Assembly: GCA_964627795.1 (NCBI GenBank)
Contig: CAZVLF010000002.1
Span: 24,576-88,575 of the forward strand
Source: an uncultured Rickettsiales bacterium
GTDB taxonomy: Bacteria; Pseudomonadota; Alphaproteobacteria; Rickettsiales; CANDYO01
Reading direction: 5' to 3'
Length of the DNA stretch: 64,000 nucleotides
The notes under the pieces were generated by a model. It searched no databases, was not told the origin of the DNA, and worked only from the letters and a program-made list of their open reading frames with translations. Below are positions 18,536 to 27,063 of the stretch, one piece after another. Made by a program: the position numbers and the translations under genes. The first letter of the stretch is position 1, and every line of letters begins with the position of its first letter.

Positions 18536-19310
18536 AATAGTTTTAATTATAATAACTTTTTTTCTGGTTGGAGTTATTTTCATATTACCGGTTTCTACTG
18601 TGTTTATTCTTGCATTTAAAGATGGAATAGGCGCTTACTTAGACCAAATTAAAAATAGGGAAGCTATTGATGCAATTAAATTATCAATATCAATTGCTTT
18701 AATTGCTATTCCAGTTAATTTGTTTTTTGGAGTTTGCGCTTCTTGGTGTATTGCTAAATTTGATTTTTTAGGAAAAAATTTGCTTAGAGCAATCATAGAT
18801 ATCCCATTTTCTATTTCTCCAATCATCTCGGGATTTATTTTTTTATCTTTATTTGGAATTGAATCATTTATAGGATCTTTCTTGCATAAATATGATTTGC
18901 AATTAGTTTTTGCTATTCCTTCAGTTATTATTGCAACGCTTTTTGTAACATTACCTTATATTGCCAGAGAATTAATTCCAATTATGGAAGAGCATGGTAA
19001 TGAAGAAGAGGAAGCTGCACTTTGCTTAGGTGCAAGTGGGATAAAAACTTTTATTTATATTACTTTGCCTAATATAAAATGGGGAATTTTATATGGCTTG
19101 CTTATTTCTTTATCTCGGGCTTTTGGAGAGTTTGGGGCAGTTTCTGTAGTGTCTGGACATATTCGTGGGCAAACTACTACAATTCCAATCCAGGTAGAAA
19201 TTTTATTTAATGAATATAATTATATAGGTGCATTTGCTGTGGCATCAATTTTAGCAATATTAGCTATATTAGCTTTGATTATTAAAAAAACTATTTATAA
19301 AAAGGTGTAA
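18528..19310 (+). CDS. cysW: Sulfate ABC transporter permease CysW
   Basis: 260 aa polytopic permease. The start overlaps the cysT stop by 8 nt. The LGASGIKTFIYITLPNIKWG segment is CysW-like. Confidence 0.8.
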   Translation: MARIVLIIITFFLVGVIFILPVSTVFILAFKDGIGAYLDQIKNREAIDAIKLSISIALIAIPVNLFFGVCASWCIAKFDFLGKNLLRAIIDIPFSISPIISGFIFLSLFGIESFIGSFLHKYDLQLVFAIPSVIIATLFVTLPYIARELIPIMEEHGNEEEEAALCLGASGIKTFIYITLPNIKWGILYGLLISLSRAFGEFGAVSVVSGHIRGQTTTIPIQVEILFNEYNYIGAFAVASILAILAILALIIKKTIYKKV

Positions 19311-19313
19311 TTT

Positions 19314-21323
19314 ATGAAAAATATTCCCATTGCAAAGCAAACGAATGATTTTGATTGTTATTCATGGATTCGCGACCCCAAATGGCCCAAAGTTGAAAAT
19401 GAAGAAATCTTAGCCTATTTAAACACTGAAAATGATTATTTTGAAGATAAAACCAAAGAATATAAAAATTTAGAAAGAGAAATTTTTGAGGAGTTAAAAA
19501 GCAGAATTAAAGAAGATGATGAATCTTACCCAGTAACAAGAGGAGACTATCAATATTATACTCGCACGAAGAAAGGTGAAGATTTTCTCTATATTTTAAG
19601 AAAAAAAGATGGCATGGAAGAGCTGGTTATAGATTGTAATTTTCTTGCTAAGGGTAAATCTTCGTTTTCATTAGGCGCTTCTAAAGTCAGTTTTGATAAT
19701 AACAAATACGCTTATAGTTTTGATGTAGATGGATCAGAACAGTTTAAGATAATGGTTAAAGATCTTGAGAATAAAAAAGATCTAGATGATGTAATAGAGA
19801 ATACTATAGGTAACATAATATGGAATAAAAGAGGGGATGGGTTTTACTATTTAAAGCTTAATGACAATTGGCGTCCCAACAAGGTTTTATTTCATAAACT
19901 TGGAACCAATGATGATATTTTGATATATGAAGAAAAAGATGACACCTCTTTCTTAAGCATTGACTATAGTTCAAGCCAGAAATATTTAATTATAGATCGC
20001 GGTAATGGAAGCGATAACGAAATATTATTATTAGAACTTGATAAAGAAAATATTAAACCAGAGATAGTGTTAGCAAGAAAGAAAGATTTACTTTATTCAG
20101 TTGATCATATCCATGATAAATTTTATTTTCTTATTAATGATAAAGGTAAGAATTTTCGTTTGGCTTATGCATTAGAAGGGGAGCATCACAACCCCCAAAA
20201 ATTTATTGAACTAATTTCTCACAGTGAAGATTGCTATCTAACTGGAATAAGCCTTAATAATCAATACTTGGTAGTGGAAAAAAGGATACTAGGCCTTAAT
20301 AATTTTGATTATTATGATCTTTCAACTCATCAATTTATAGATAGAATTTCTTTTAATGAAGAAGTGTATGAAGCTGATGCTGACTTTACTGATAAAAATT
20401 CTCTTTTCCTTAGAATAAATTACTCTTCTTTAACCACCCCAAAATCTGTGTTGGAATTTGATTTTGAGCATAAAGAATTAATTACTCGCAAAATAGAAGA
20501 AGTAAAAAATTATGACTCTGCTCATTACGAAGTTAAAAGATTATGGGCAGAAGCTAAAGATGGAGTGAGAGTGCCAATTTCTATAGTTTATAAAAAAGAC
20601 ATTAAGTTTCCGGCTCCTCTTTTACTTTATGGATATGGATCATATGGAGCAGGAGTAGGGACATATTTTAGATCTAATATTATATCTTTATTAGATAGAG
20701 GATTTATTTATGCAATTGCTCATATTAGAGGGGGTGATGAGTTAGGATTTAGATGGTATGAACAAGCTAAGTTTTTACAGAAAAAGCTTACTTTTTCTGA
20801 TTTTATTACCTGTGCTGAATATTTAATTGATAATAATTATACTGTTAAAGAAAAGCTAGCGATTATGGGTGGAAGTGCTGGTGGAATGTTGATGGGTGTG
20901 GTATTAAATGAGCGACCTGAATTATTTAAAGCGGCAGTTGCACTTGTTCCTTTTGTGGATGTTTTAAATACTATGCTTGATGAAACTTTGCCCCTTACGC
21001 CGCATGAATTTGAAGAATGGGGGAATCCTAAAAATAAGGAATATTATGACTACATAAAATCATATTGTCCCTACCATAATATTAAAAAACAAAATTATCC
21101 AAGCATATTAGTAACTGCTGGCTTAACAGATCCAAGAGTTGGATACTGGGAGGCTGCTAAGTGGGTAGCAAAAATTAGAAAATTAAAGACGGATAAGAAT
21201 ATTTTACTTCTCAAAACTGAAATGGAAGCTGGACATGCAGGAAAATCAGGAAGATATAAAATTCTTGAAGAAGTAGCAATGATATATGCTTTTATATTTA
21301 ATCAAGTAATAGGAAATAAATAA
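19314..21323 (+). CDS. ptrB: Oligopeptidase B / S9A prolyl oligopeptidase family serine protease
   Basis: 669 aa. It has an N-terminal beta-propeller region with LAYLNTENDYFE, the catalytic serine motif GGSAGGMLMG, and a C-terminal AGHAG histidine region. It starts 3 nt after cysW. Confidence 0.85.
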   Translation: MKNIPIAKQTNDFDCYSWIRDPKWPKVENEEILAYLNTENDYFEDKTKEYKNLEREIFEELKSRIKEDDESYPVTRGDYQYYTRTKKGEDFLYILRKKDGMEELVIDCNFLAKGKSSFSLGASKVSFDNNKYAYSFDVDGSEQFKIMVKDLENKKDLDDVIENTIGNIIWNKRGDGFYYLKLNDNWRPNKVLFHKLGTNDDILIYEEKDDTSFLSIDYSSSQKYLIIDRGNGSDNEILLLELDKENIKPEIVLARKKDLLYSVDHIHDKFYFLINDKGKNFRLAYALEGEHHNPQKFIELISHSEDCYLTGISLNNQYLVVEKRILGLNNFDYYDLSTHQFIDRISFNEEVYEADADFTDKNSLFLRINYSSLTTPKSVLEFDFEHKELITRKIEEVKNYDSAHYEVKRLWAEAKDGVRVPISIVYKKDIKFPAPLLLYGYGSYGAGVGTYFRSNIISLLDRGFIYAIAHIRGGDELGFRWYEQAKFLQKKLTFSDFITCAEYLIDNNYTVKEKLAIMGGSAGGMLMGVVLNERPELFKAAVALVPFVDVLNTMLDETLPLTPHEFEEWGNPKNKEYYDYIKSYCPYHNIKKQNYPSILVTAGLTDPRVGYWEAAKWVAKIRKLKTDKNILLLKTEMEAGHAGKSGRYKILEEVAMIYAFIFNQVIGNK

Positions 21324-21357
21324 GTTTAAATTTTTTTATTTATAAAAAATAAAAAAA

Positions 21358-21381
21358 GCGCCGCTGGGGAAGAAGCGGCGC
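21358..21381. terminator. GC-rich perfect hairpin (8-bp stem GCGCCGCT/AGCGGCGC, 8-nt loop)
   Basis: The stem 21358-21365 pairs with 21374-21381. An A7 run precedes it on the + strand, which is a T7 run following it on the - strand. It lies 35 nt after the ptrB stop, and the orientation of function is ambiguous. Confidence 0.5.
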
Positions 21382-21602
21382 CTACATCGAACCTTGCCTC
21401 ACGCGGAAAAAAATAATATTTGAGGAACTTATAGGTTTCATATGTATTATAATTTTATATTATCATAATAAATTGATCGTGTCAACTATAAATTTAAAAA
21501 TTAATAATTTTTTAATAAAAATAATTACTTGCTTTATAAAGCCGTGAAATAATAAAAATATTATATAAAAAATGTTAGATAGGATAAAAAATGGAGATTT
21601 AA

Positions 21603-21722
21603 ATGGGAAAAAAATCTAAAAAAAATAATAAAAAACCAGGAAAAAATAAATCTAAAGAATCTCAGGTAGAACAGCTTAGTTTAGAGCAAGAAGATGTTTT
21701 TTGGCTGAACCTTTTCAAATAA
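21603..21722 (+). CDS. 39-codon Lys-rich leader ORF (MGKKSKKNNKKPGKNKSKESQVEQLSLEQEDVFWLNLFK), possibly the true N-terminus of the next ORF
   Basis: ATG with GGAG 6 nt upstream. It overlaps the opening of the 820-aa frame and ends 20 nt after a T6 run. Confidence 0.3.
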   Translation: MGKKSKKNNKKPGKNKSKESQVEQLSLEQEDVFWLNLFK

Positions 21723-24163
21723 CTGAAGGGCAAATCCATGTTTTTCCTACTATAGAAACAGAAGAAAGCAAAATAAGATTTAACGTTGAAAATTTGCTTA
21801 ATTTAGCAAATTTTGATAATGACCTTTATCAAAAAACAATTTTCTATCTGGATATAGTGCTTGGTGAAAATATTCTTTTTAAGTTTTTAAAAGATTTTCA
21901 ATTAAATCCTTATTCTTCTAATCAAGTAGTAGATTTAAACATAAGAGAAGATAGAGCTAAGGAAATTTTGCCTCATACAATTAATGATATAAAGCAAACT
22001 ATATTTCATATAAAAAATTTCAGTTTGCTTATAGAGCAGTTTTTTGAAATAAGGAATAATTTTAAAGAGAGTAAATTCTGTATAGATTTAGTTATATCTG
22101 TAGTTATAAATAATTTGATTTTTAATTCCACTAATCCTCTCCCCATTTTAATGAATATTAACGTGCTTAAATATGTTTCGGCTGAAAACATAGCTAAGCT
22201 ACTGGAGCTATATAAACAACATTATATAGAAACAAGTAGAGTTTTTACTGAGCTTCAAGGTAGTGAAAAGCATAAAGTTATACAATTTATTCTAGATAAT
22301 AAAGATAATAATACTGGTTTAAAGATAGCAAACCTAAATTTACATAATAGTTTATTTGCAATCGATTATAGCCAAATTCTTGGGTTAATAAATATTGATA
22401 TTGCTTTAATTTTAAAAAAATATGTAAGGCAATCTGGTTTTCATAGAGAATCATATGATATGATCTTATCTTTAGCAGTTCAGGCTATTATTAGAGGAGA
22501 AGTTGAACATATTAAACCATATTTTACGGAGGGTATTTGGGAGCATTTTAAAGAAGAAGATAAAGATCAATTGCTTAAGCTTCTTACCTTAAGAGGAGGA
22601 ACGGTAGCTAAATATATTATTTTCGAGCAATTGATTGATAGAAATATATTAAATGCTGAAAAAATGGAGCATTTAATATTTTTAAGCTTAAATGAGTTGG
22701 AATGTAACTCTATTTTAGAAAGCCTGTTACCTCATCTTAAGAAAGTTATTATTAAAGCTTTTATATATCATCCAGAACTGGAAGAGTTTGTTTATAATGA
22801 TGATGCTTTAGAATATATAGTTAAGGAAAGAATCTTCGCATCAAGATTATGTATTTTTTATATTAATGATCAAGCATCCCAAGATATGCTCAAAGAAATG
22901 GTGGAAAAAAGATGTTTAACTCTTTCTTTAGTTTTAAAACTTTTACTTCAAGAAAAATTAATAGAGGAAGATAAAGAAGTTATAATATCCTCGGTAAAAA
23001 ATTTTATACCTTCTATGAAGATTAACAATATAGAAAATACTATAAAAGATCTTACCAGATTGAATGTGCTAATAAGACAAAATATTCTTCAGTTTGGCGT
23101 TGCAAACTTACTTCTTCAATGTGAGCAATTTAAGTTAAGTAATTTAATTACTTTATTAAGTCATGATTTAACTGCTACTAAATACTTTCTTGAAAAAAGA
23201 AAAAAGTTTGAAAGAAAATTTATGGATGAAATTCTTAGTAACGAAAATCATAAAGACCTTGAAATAAAAGTGAAGCTACTAAATGAGTTTTTTAAAAATG
23301 AACCTAATAAAGAAAAATTTATAGCTAAATATTTTAATGAACTTAAAGCTTTTGTTTATGAGAATATTATTGAGAATGAGCAAATAATAACTTTGCTTGA
23401 AGAGAAAAAAAATAAAAGAGAAATAAAGCTGATATTAAGTGAAATTATTGAAAAGGAAGAGAAAGAGGGTTCTTGTATAGAAGAAAGTAATAATGATGAT
23501 AAACCTGATCATGATGCTTTAGATGATTTAATAGCTATGCTAGAAAATGAATTAGAGATCAATCAAGTTATAGAAGAAATTGATGAAATAAAAGAAAAAA
23601 CTTATTTAGAACCTCTTTATGAACTTGTTCAAACGCCTAGATATGTTCCAACTCATGCTTGGGTGCATGATATAATAAAATTAGATGATGGAACAGAAGT
23701 TATAATTAAGAGTTTTTATACAAGAGGAAATATTCAACATTTTGTTTATATGTTACAAGATGGCACCCAAGTTGTTATAAAAAAATCTTCTTTAAATTCT
23801 AATAATTCAGCTGTTAAAACTCAATCTAGGTCAATAGGAATTAAAGAAGATTCAAATAAGGAGAAGGCAAAAGCTATATTAGATTCTTTTAAAAGTGATA
23901 AACCTAAATCATTAGATTTTATTATTGCTAAAAGGGATGAAAAAATTCTCCATAAAAATAAAGATCAGGAAGAATATAAAAATTCTCTTAATCATATAAA
24001 GCAAGAGAACTTTAAGAAAAAAGCAGAGATTATTAAAGCAAATTATTCTACATTATTAGAAGATAATCCTTATTGGAAAGAAGTAACAATTGGAAAAAAT
24101 ATTATATTTAGTGAGGATTTATTTATTGCAGGAAAAATTATGGAAGCTGCAGAGGTTATGTAA
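21701..24163 (+). CDS. Hypothetical 820-aa helical protein
   Basis: 2.46-kb ORF. The only in-frame start at its head is TTG 21701, which lacks a convincing SD. No recognisable domain. A Lys/Glu-rich low-complexity stretch lies in the C-terminal third. Confidence 0.65.
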   Translation: MAEPFQITEGQIHVFPTIETEESKIRFNVENLLNLANFDNDLYQKTIFYLDIVLGENILFKFLKDFQLNPYSSNQVVDLNIREDRAKEILPHTINDIKQTIFHIKNFSLLIEQFFEIRNNFKESKFCIDLVISVVINNLIFNSTNPLPILMNINVLKYVSAENIAKLLELYKQHYIETSRVFTELQGSEKHKVIQFILDNKDNNTGLKIANLNLHNSLFAIDYSQILGLINIDIALILKKYVRQSGFHRESYDMILSLAVQAIIRGEVEHIKPYFTEGIWEHFKEEDKDQLLKLLTLRGGTVAKYIIFEQLIDRNILNAEKMEHLIFLSLNELECNSILESLLPHLKKVIIKAFIYHPELEEFVYNDDALEYIVKERIFASRLCIFYINDQASQDMLKEMVEKRCLTLSLVLKLLLQEKLIEEDKEVIISSVKNFIPSMKINNIENTIKDLTRLNVLIRQNILQFGVANLLLQCEQFKLSNLITLLSHDLTATKYFLEKRKKFERKFMDEILSNENHKDLEIKVKLLNEFFKNEPNKEKFIAKYFNELKAFVYENIIENEQIITLLEEKKNKREIKLILSEIIEKEEKEGSCIEESNNDDKPDHDALDDLIAMLENELEINQVIEEIDEIKEKTYLEPLYELVQTPRYVPTHAWVHDIIKLDDGTEVIIKSFYTRGNIQHFVYMLQDGTQVVIKKSSLNSNNSAVKTQSRSIGIKEDSNKEKAKAILDSFKSDKPKSLDFIIAKRDEKILHKNKDQEEYKNSLNHIKQENFKKKAEIIKANYSTLLEDNPYWKEVTIGKNIIFSEDLFIAGKIMEAAEVM

Positions 24164-24374
24164 GTTTTCGATAAAAGAATAATATTGCAGATAAAAGGTT
24201 ATTATTATGCAGCGTAAGAATTCAGAAAAACTTTAAACATAGAAAATGTTGAGATATTTCTAAACCACATTTTTCTAAAGTTAGAAAGTTATATAGCTTT
24301 AAATTCTATAATCTATATAGCAGTCATGGATTTAAAGATTTATTATAGTTCATAGGCGATTTTTTAAAATTTAT

Positions 24375-24932
24375 TTGACTTTTACTTTCACTTCTAATAC
24401 TAGTCTTTTGTTTTTAAATAAAAATAAAGTAGTTATGAAAAATCAAGATAATAACTCTTCTCCTAAATCTGTTTCTTTTGCACTCTCAGTAACTTACATT
24501 ACTGCAAGTGAAAATAACCTTCCACAGAGTAGCTTGTTTATAAGCTACTCAGAATACTTAAATAGGATAGGTTCGGACTCTGATTTTAAGAATAGTAACT
24601 TTCTTGGAGAAAATAAAAGTATCGGTGAGTAGATGAATAATACAAATAATAATAGTTCAAATAACAGAGTAACTAGTAATGAAGCTCCAAGATTAGTTAG
24701 AGTTGTTTCTACTGACTCTGTGGCAACCCAAATTGATGATGAATTTTTTGCCCCTACTAGTAATGAAGCTCAAAATTCTGATAATCCACTAGTAAGGGTG
24801 GTGACTTTAGAAGAAGAAAATAATACTTTAGCTGAAGAAAATTATGGCCAACCTCTTTATAGAACCTATGCAATTCAAGGTTTTCATGTCAATTTAGGAA
24901 TGTCTGGTCACAATAATCCATTTGATCACTAG
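24375..24932 (+). pseudogene. Asn/Ser-rich ORF interrupted by a single in-frame TAG
   Basis: ORFs 24375-24632 and 24633-24932 are in the same frame, separated only by TAG 24630-24632. The first has a TTG start. Composition is low-complexity. Confidence 0.3.
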
Positions 24933-24933
24933 G

Positions 24934-25818
24934 TTAAACATTGTTGCTGATATAGCGATAAAGAAGTTTAATTGGTATTACAACCATTAGAATGATTAAA
25001 ACTGTAATAGCCGAAGCCATTGGCCAATCTCTATTCATAAAAAATTCGGTCCATAAGAGTTTTCCAATGGTAATTATTTTTGCTCCGCCTAGTAGGTCTG
25101 GAATAACAAACTCCCCAATTGCAGGAATAAATACCAAAATAATTCCGGTTATAACTCCTGGTAATGAGAGAGGAAAAATGATCTGCCAAAAAATTGATAA
25201 AGGTTTAGCTCCCAAATCAGCTGCAGCTTCTATTATGCTTTGCCTGATTTTGGTTAAAGAGCTATAAATTGGAAGGATCATAAAGGGAAGATAAGTATAA
25301 ACTATTCCAATAATTATTGCTGCTTTGCTATTTAACATTTCTAAAGGCTTATCAATAACACCTAGCCAAAGAAGAAATTGATTAATAAGCCCAGTATTTT
25401 TTAATAATATTATCCATCCATACATTCGAATTAAAAGAGCGGTCCAAAATGGAGTGATAACTAAAACAAGTAATATCAACCTTCCTTTAGCAGAGCTGTT
25501 TGCAATTATATAGGCCATTGGATAAGCAAGGATAAAAGTAAAGAAGGTTGCAATAGAAGCCATTTGAAGGGAGTTAAGCAAAGCTTTTAAATAAAATGGT
25601 TCTTTGAATAAAATCTTATAACTATTTAAATCTGGAGATATTTCTAAAGCATTATTTTGAATTCTTATTAAAGATTTATAAGGAATAACTCCAAATTCAG
25701 GTGCTGAAAAACTAATGAATGTAAGAAGAATTATTGCTGCAATTGTAAATAAGCCAACCCAAAAAAAAGAAGGAGATATAATTAATTTACGATAATTATT
25801 AAAAATTCCTATATTCAT
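24934..25818 (-). CDS. potB: Spermidine/putrescine-type ABC transporter permease
   Basis: 294 aa. It is a 6-TM permease with an EAA loop (IEAAADLGAKPLSIFWQIIFPLSLPG). The start overlaps the potA stop. Confidence 0.78.
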   Translation of the reverse strand: MNIGIFNNYRKLIISPSFFWVGLFTIAAIILLTFISFSAPEFGVIPYKSLIRIQNNALEISPDLNSYKILFKEPFYLKALLNSLQMASIATFFTFILAYPMAYIIANSSAKGRLILLVLVITPFWTALLIRMYGWIILLKNTGLINQFLLWLGVIDKPLEMLNSKAAIIIGIVYTYLPFMILPIYSSLTKIRQSIIEAAADLGAKPLSIFWQIIFPLSLPGVITGIILVFIPAIGEFVIPDLLGGAKIITIGKLLWTEFFMNRDWPMASAITVLIILMVVIPIKLLYRYISNNV

Positions 25819-26930
25819 GATTTAAGCAAAACTCCATCTGTTTTATCCCATGAAACATAAGCAGTATTTCCATAATCAAGTAATGGATTTTTAGATCTAG
25901 CGGAGGTTGGTACACTAACGTGAACTATTTTTTTGCTTTTTAACTCTACATAATAAATAATCTGGTTACCTAAAAAAGATATATCTATAATTTTTCCTTC
26001 AGCATGGTTATGTGAATCATCATCAGGCTCACTATAAATTCCCATTTCCTCTGGACGAACAGCAACCCATGCTTCACTTCCAATATCTAGTTTTTCATAA
26101 GAATTTACATGCATAGGAGATTCAATTTCATCGCTAGATATAGTGAGTCTATTTTTTTTACTATTATCGCTAACAAATCCATGAAAAACATTGATTGACC
26201 CTACAAAATTAGCAACAAATCTGGAATTTGGATATTCATATATTTCTTTAGGTGTTCCTATTTGCTGAAGCCTTCCTTCTTTCATTACTGCAAGGCGATC
26301 AGACATTGATAATGCTTCTTCTTGGTCATGCGTAACAACTAGAAAAGTTATATCTAATATTCTTTGAATATTCGTTAATTCAACTTGGGTTCTTTCGCTT
26401 GTTTTTCTATCTAATGCTCCAAGCGGCTCATCAAGAAGTAAGACTTTTGGCCTTTTAACTATGCTTCGCGCAAGAGCAACTCTTTGTTGCTGCCCTCCTG
26501 AAATTTGTGATGGCTTGCGATGAGAAAAACTATGCATACCAACCATTTTTAAAGTTTCATCAACTCTTTTATTAATTTCATTAGAAGGTAATTTTTCTTG
26601 CTTTAAACCAAATGCAACATTATGCCATATATCCATATGAGGGAATAAAGCATAAGATTGGAACATCATATTTACTGGCCTCTCATAAGGAGGTACGTTG
26701 GTCATATCTGTTCCATCAATAAAGATTTTTCCTAAATCAGGCTTTTCAAAGCCTGCTATCATCCTCATAAGGGTAGTTTTACCACATCCTGAAGGACCAA
26801 GTAAGGAGAATGATTCACCTCTAAAAATATTCAAACTAATATTATCAACCGTTTTATAATCATTAGATTTAAATTGTTTACTAATATTTTCTATCCGAAT
26901 AATAATTTCTGGTTTGGAGAAATCTTTCAT
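25815..26930 (-). CDS. potA: Spermidine/putrescine-type ABC transporter ATPase
   Basis: 371 aa. Walker A is GPSGCGKTT, signature ISGGQQQR, Walker B LLLDEPLGALD. MMFQSYALFPHM and a C-terminal TOBE-like domain are present. Confidence 0.85.
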   Translation of the reverse strand: MKDFSKPEIIIRIENISKQFKSNDYKTVDNISLNIFRGESFSLLGPSGCGKTTLMRMIAGFEKPDLGKIFIDGTDMTNVPPYERPVNMMFQSYALFPHMDIWHNVAFGLKQEKLPSNEINKRVDETLKMVGMHSFSHRKPSQISGGQQQRVALARSIVKRPKVLLLDEPLGALDRKTSERTQVELTNIQRILDITFLVVTHDQEEALSMSDRLAVMKEGRLQQIGTPKEIYEYPNSRFVANFVGSINVFHGFVSDNSKKNRLTISSDEIESPMHVNSYEKLDIGSEAWVAVRPEEMGIYSEPDDDSHNHAEGKIIDISFLGNQIIYYVELKSKKIVHVSVPTSARSKNPLLDYGNTAYVSWDKTDGVLLKS

Positions 26931-27063
26931 TTTTTGTCTTCGTTATTATTAAACAAATTTTTATACACTAATTTATAGAATTTATCATTATAAATTTGTT
27001 AAAGCTATTCTTATTAATAAAAGATTAATATTCTTAATCTAAGATTTTATAATAGTAGTTATA

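Noticed and set aside
21351-21422. I considered whether the GC-rich island is a fragment of SRP (4.5S) RNA, tmRNA or a tRNA. GGGGAAGAAGCGGCGCC loosely recalls the SRP domain IV GGAAGCAGCC, and the minus strand contains GGTTCGATG, reminiscent of a T-loop.
   Set aside because: The hairpin is perfectly paired, with none of the internal loops of SRP domain IV. The GC-rich stretch is only about 49 nt. The sequences flanking TTCGATG cannot form a T-stem, and there is no acceptor stem or CCA context. I report it only as an unexplained island or terminator.
24164-24933. I looked for a degraded potC remnant on the minus strand downstream of potB.
   Set aside because: The minus-strand frames close almost immediately, the first ORF after the potB stop being MDYCDQTFLN*. 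I saw no permease-like hydrophobic stretch. A TBLASTN search would be needed to exclude a heavily eroded remnant.
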